Shown piece after piece: positions 63,254-64,000 of a stretch of DNA of 64,000 nucleotides (position 1 is the stretch's first letter; every line of letters begins with the position of its first letter). A program made the translations under genes and the position numbers. The notes under the pieces are model-generated. The model did no database searches, was not told the origin of the DNA, and saw only the letters and a list, made by a program, of their open reading frames with translations. The stretch is from Blasia pusilla (taxonomy: Eukaryota): assembly GCA_050084515.1 (NCBI GenBank), contig CM114271.1, forward strand, positions 11,160,001-11,224,000. The letters are read 5' to 3'.

Positions 63254-63965
63254 GCAACCCGTCAAAGTCTGACAGGTTGTGCGGCTCCGCCATCCTAGGT
63301 ACGTTCGCCACATGCGCGAGCAACCCGTCGGAGACCGACGGGTTGAGCGGCTCCGTCGTCTTCAGAAAAGAACACGAGGTACCCGCGCAACCCGTCGGAG
63401 ACCGACATGTTGCGCGCCTCCGCCATCCTGGGTACATCGCCACGTGCGTGAGCAACCCGTCAGAGACTGACGGGTTGAGCGCCTCTGTCGTCTTCGGAAA
63501 ACAACGCGAGGTACCCGCGCAACCCGTCGGAGACCGACATGTTGCGCGCCTCCGCCGTGTTTGGGACGGGAACGGGACGTATCTTGGGCAATCCGTCGGA
63601 GACCGTTGGGTTGCACGCTTCCCTCATCAAGGGTTAGGAACGAGGGCTTCCCGTGCAAGTGGTCGGAGTCTCGCTGGGTGCACCACAAGGCGAGGCCCTT
63701 GCGCAACCCGTTGGACGGCGACGGGTTGCACGCCTCGCCGTCTTTGGGCGAAAAGGCGAGGCACCCGCGACACTCGTCGGGAACAGACGGTTTGCACGCC
63801 TCCGGCATCTTTGGGCAAGAAGGATTGGTATCCGAGCAACTCGTTGGAGAGCGACGGGTTGCTCGCTTGGACAATGTTTAGCAGAAGCGTGCAACCCGTC
63901 CGATGCCGCAGTTGCGTGACCGGTTAGCCGGGTAATTTCGAGTTACCAGGACTCCGACGGGTTCC
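63254..63965. repeat. Regularly spaced palindrome array upstream of the ParB-MTase gene
   Basis: Units start at 63254, 63320, 63387, 63452, 63519 and 63588 (65-69 bp period). Confidence 0.92.
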
Positions 63966-64000
63966 AAGTGTGATCGCAACCCTCGCTTCCCAAATCCGGT

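Larger units (their letters stand above)
56704..64000. mobile_element. MULE-like transposon copy C, running off the window
   Basis: Begins GGGGCTGGTATCCTGGCAGGAGAGAG then (AAGAGAGG)n; reverse complement of copy B 24500-31923. Confidence 0.88.

Noticed and set aside
63254-63965. CRISPR-like array (27-bp palindromic repeats with spacers of about 39 bp)
   Set aside because: Spacers resemble one another, repeats are degenerate, no cas genes, and the context is a spliced eukaryotic transposon.

Overview
Eukaryotic, intron-containing, transposon-dense window. No host gene is recognisable; the element types suggest a non-seed streptophyte such as a bryophyte (inference). Almost every ORF is broken by stops or frameshifts. 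Contents: (1) a Ty3/Gypsy family encoding a DNMT3-like C5 cytosine methyltransferase between protease and RT, plus a PHD finger after integrase; one near-complete copy at 404-10118 (-) and fragments at 1-389, 41184-45017, 50336-52787 and 55067-56703. (2) Three partial copies of a >20-kb Mutator/MULE-like DNA transposon (10119-20363, 20364-31923, 56704-64000). It has GGGG termini, a GCM-type/MULE/SWIM transposase, and a divergently transcribed spliced gene joining a ParB/Srx-like domain to a degenerate beta-class N6-A/N4-C methyltransferase. Its introns and intergenic DNA are packed with a 27-bp palindrome, GCAACCCGTCGG-NNN-CCGACGGGTTGC. (3) A decayed Sola-like/DUF7869-type transposase locus (about 32668-41183) interrupted by a full-length Ty1/copia (36028-40862, TSD AGACA). 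(4) Two truncated copies of a tRNA-iMet-primed chromovirus-like Gypsy. The best novelty candidate is the MULE carrying a ParB-amino-methyltransferase with a candidate cognate palindrome array. All domain calls come from motif recognition by eye, not database searches.
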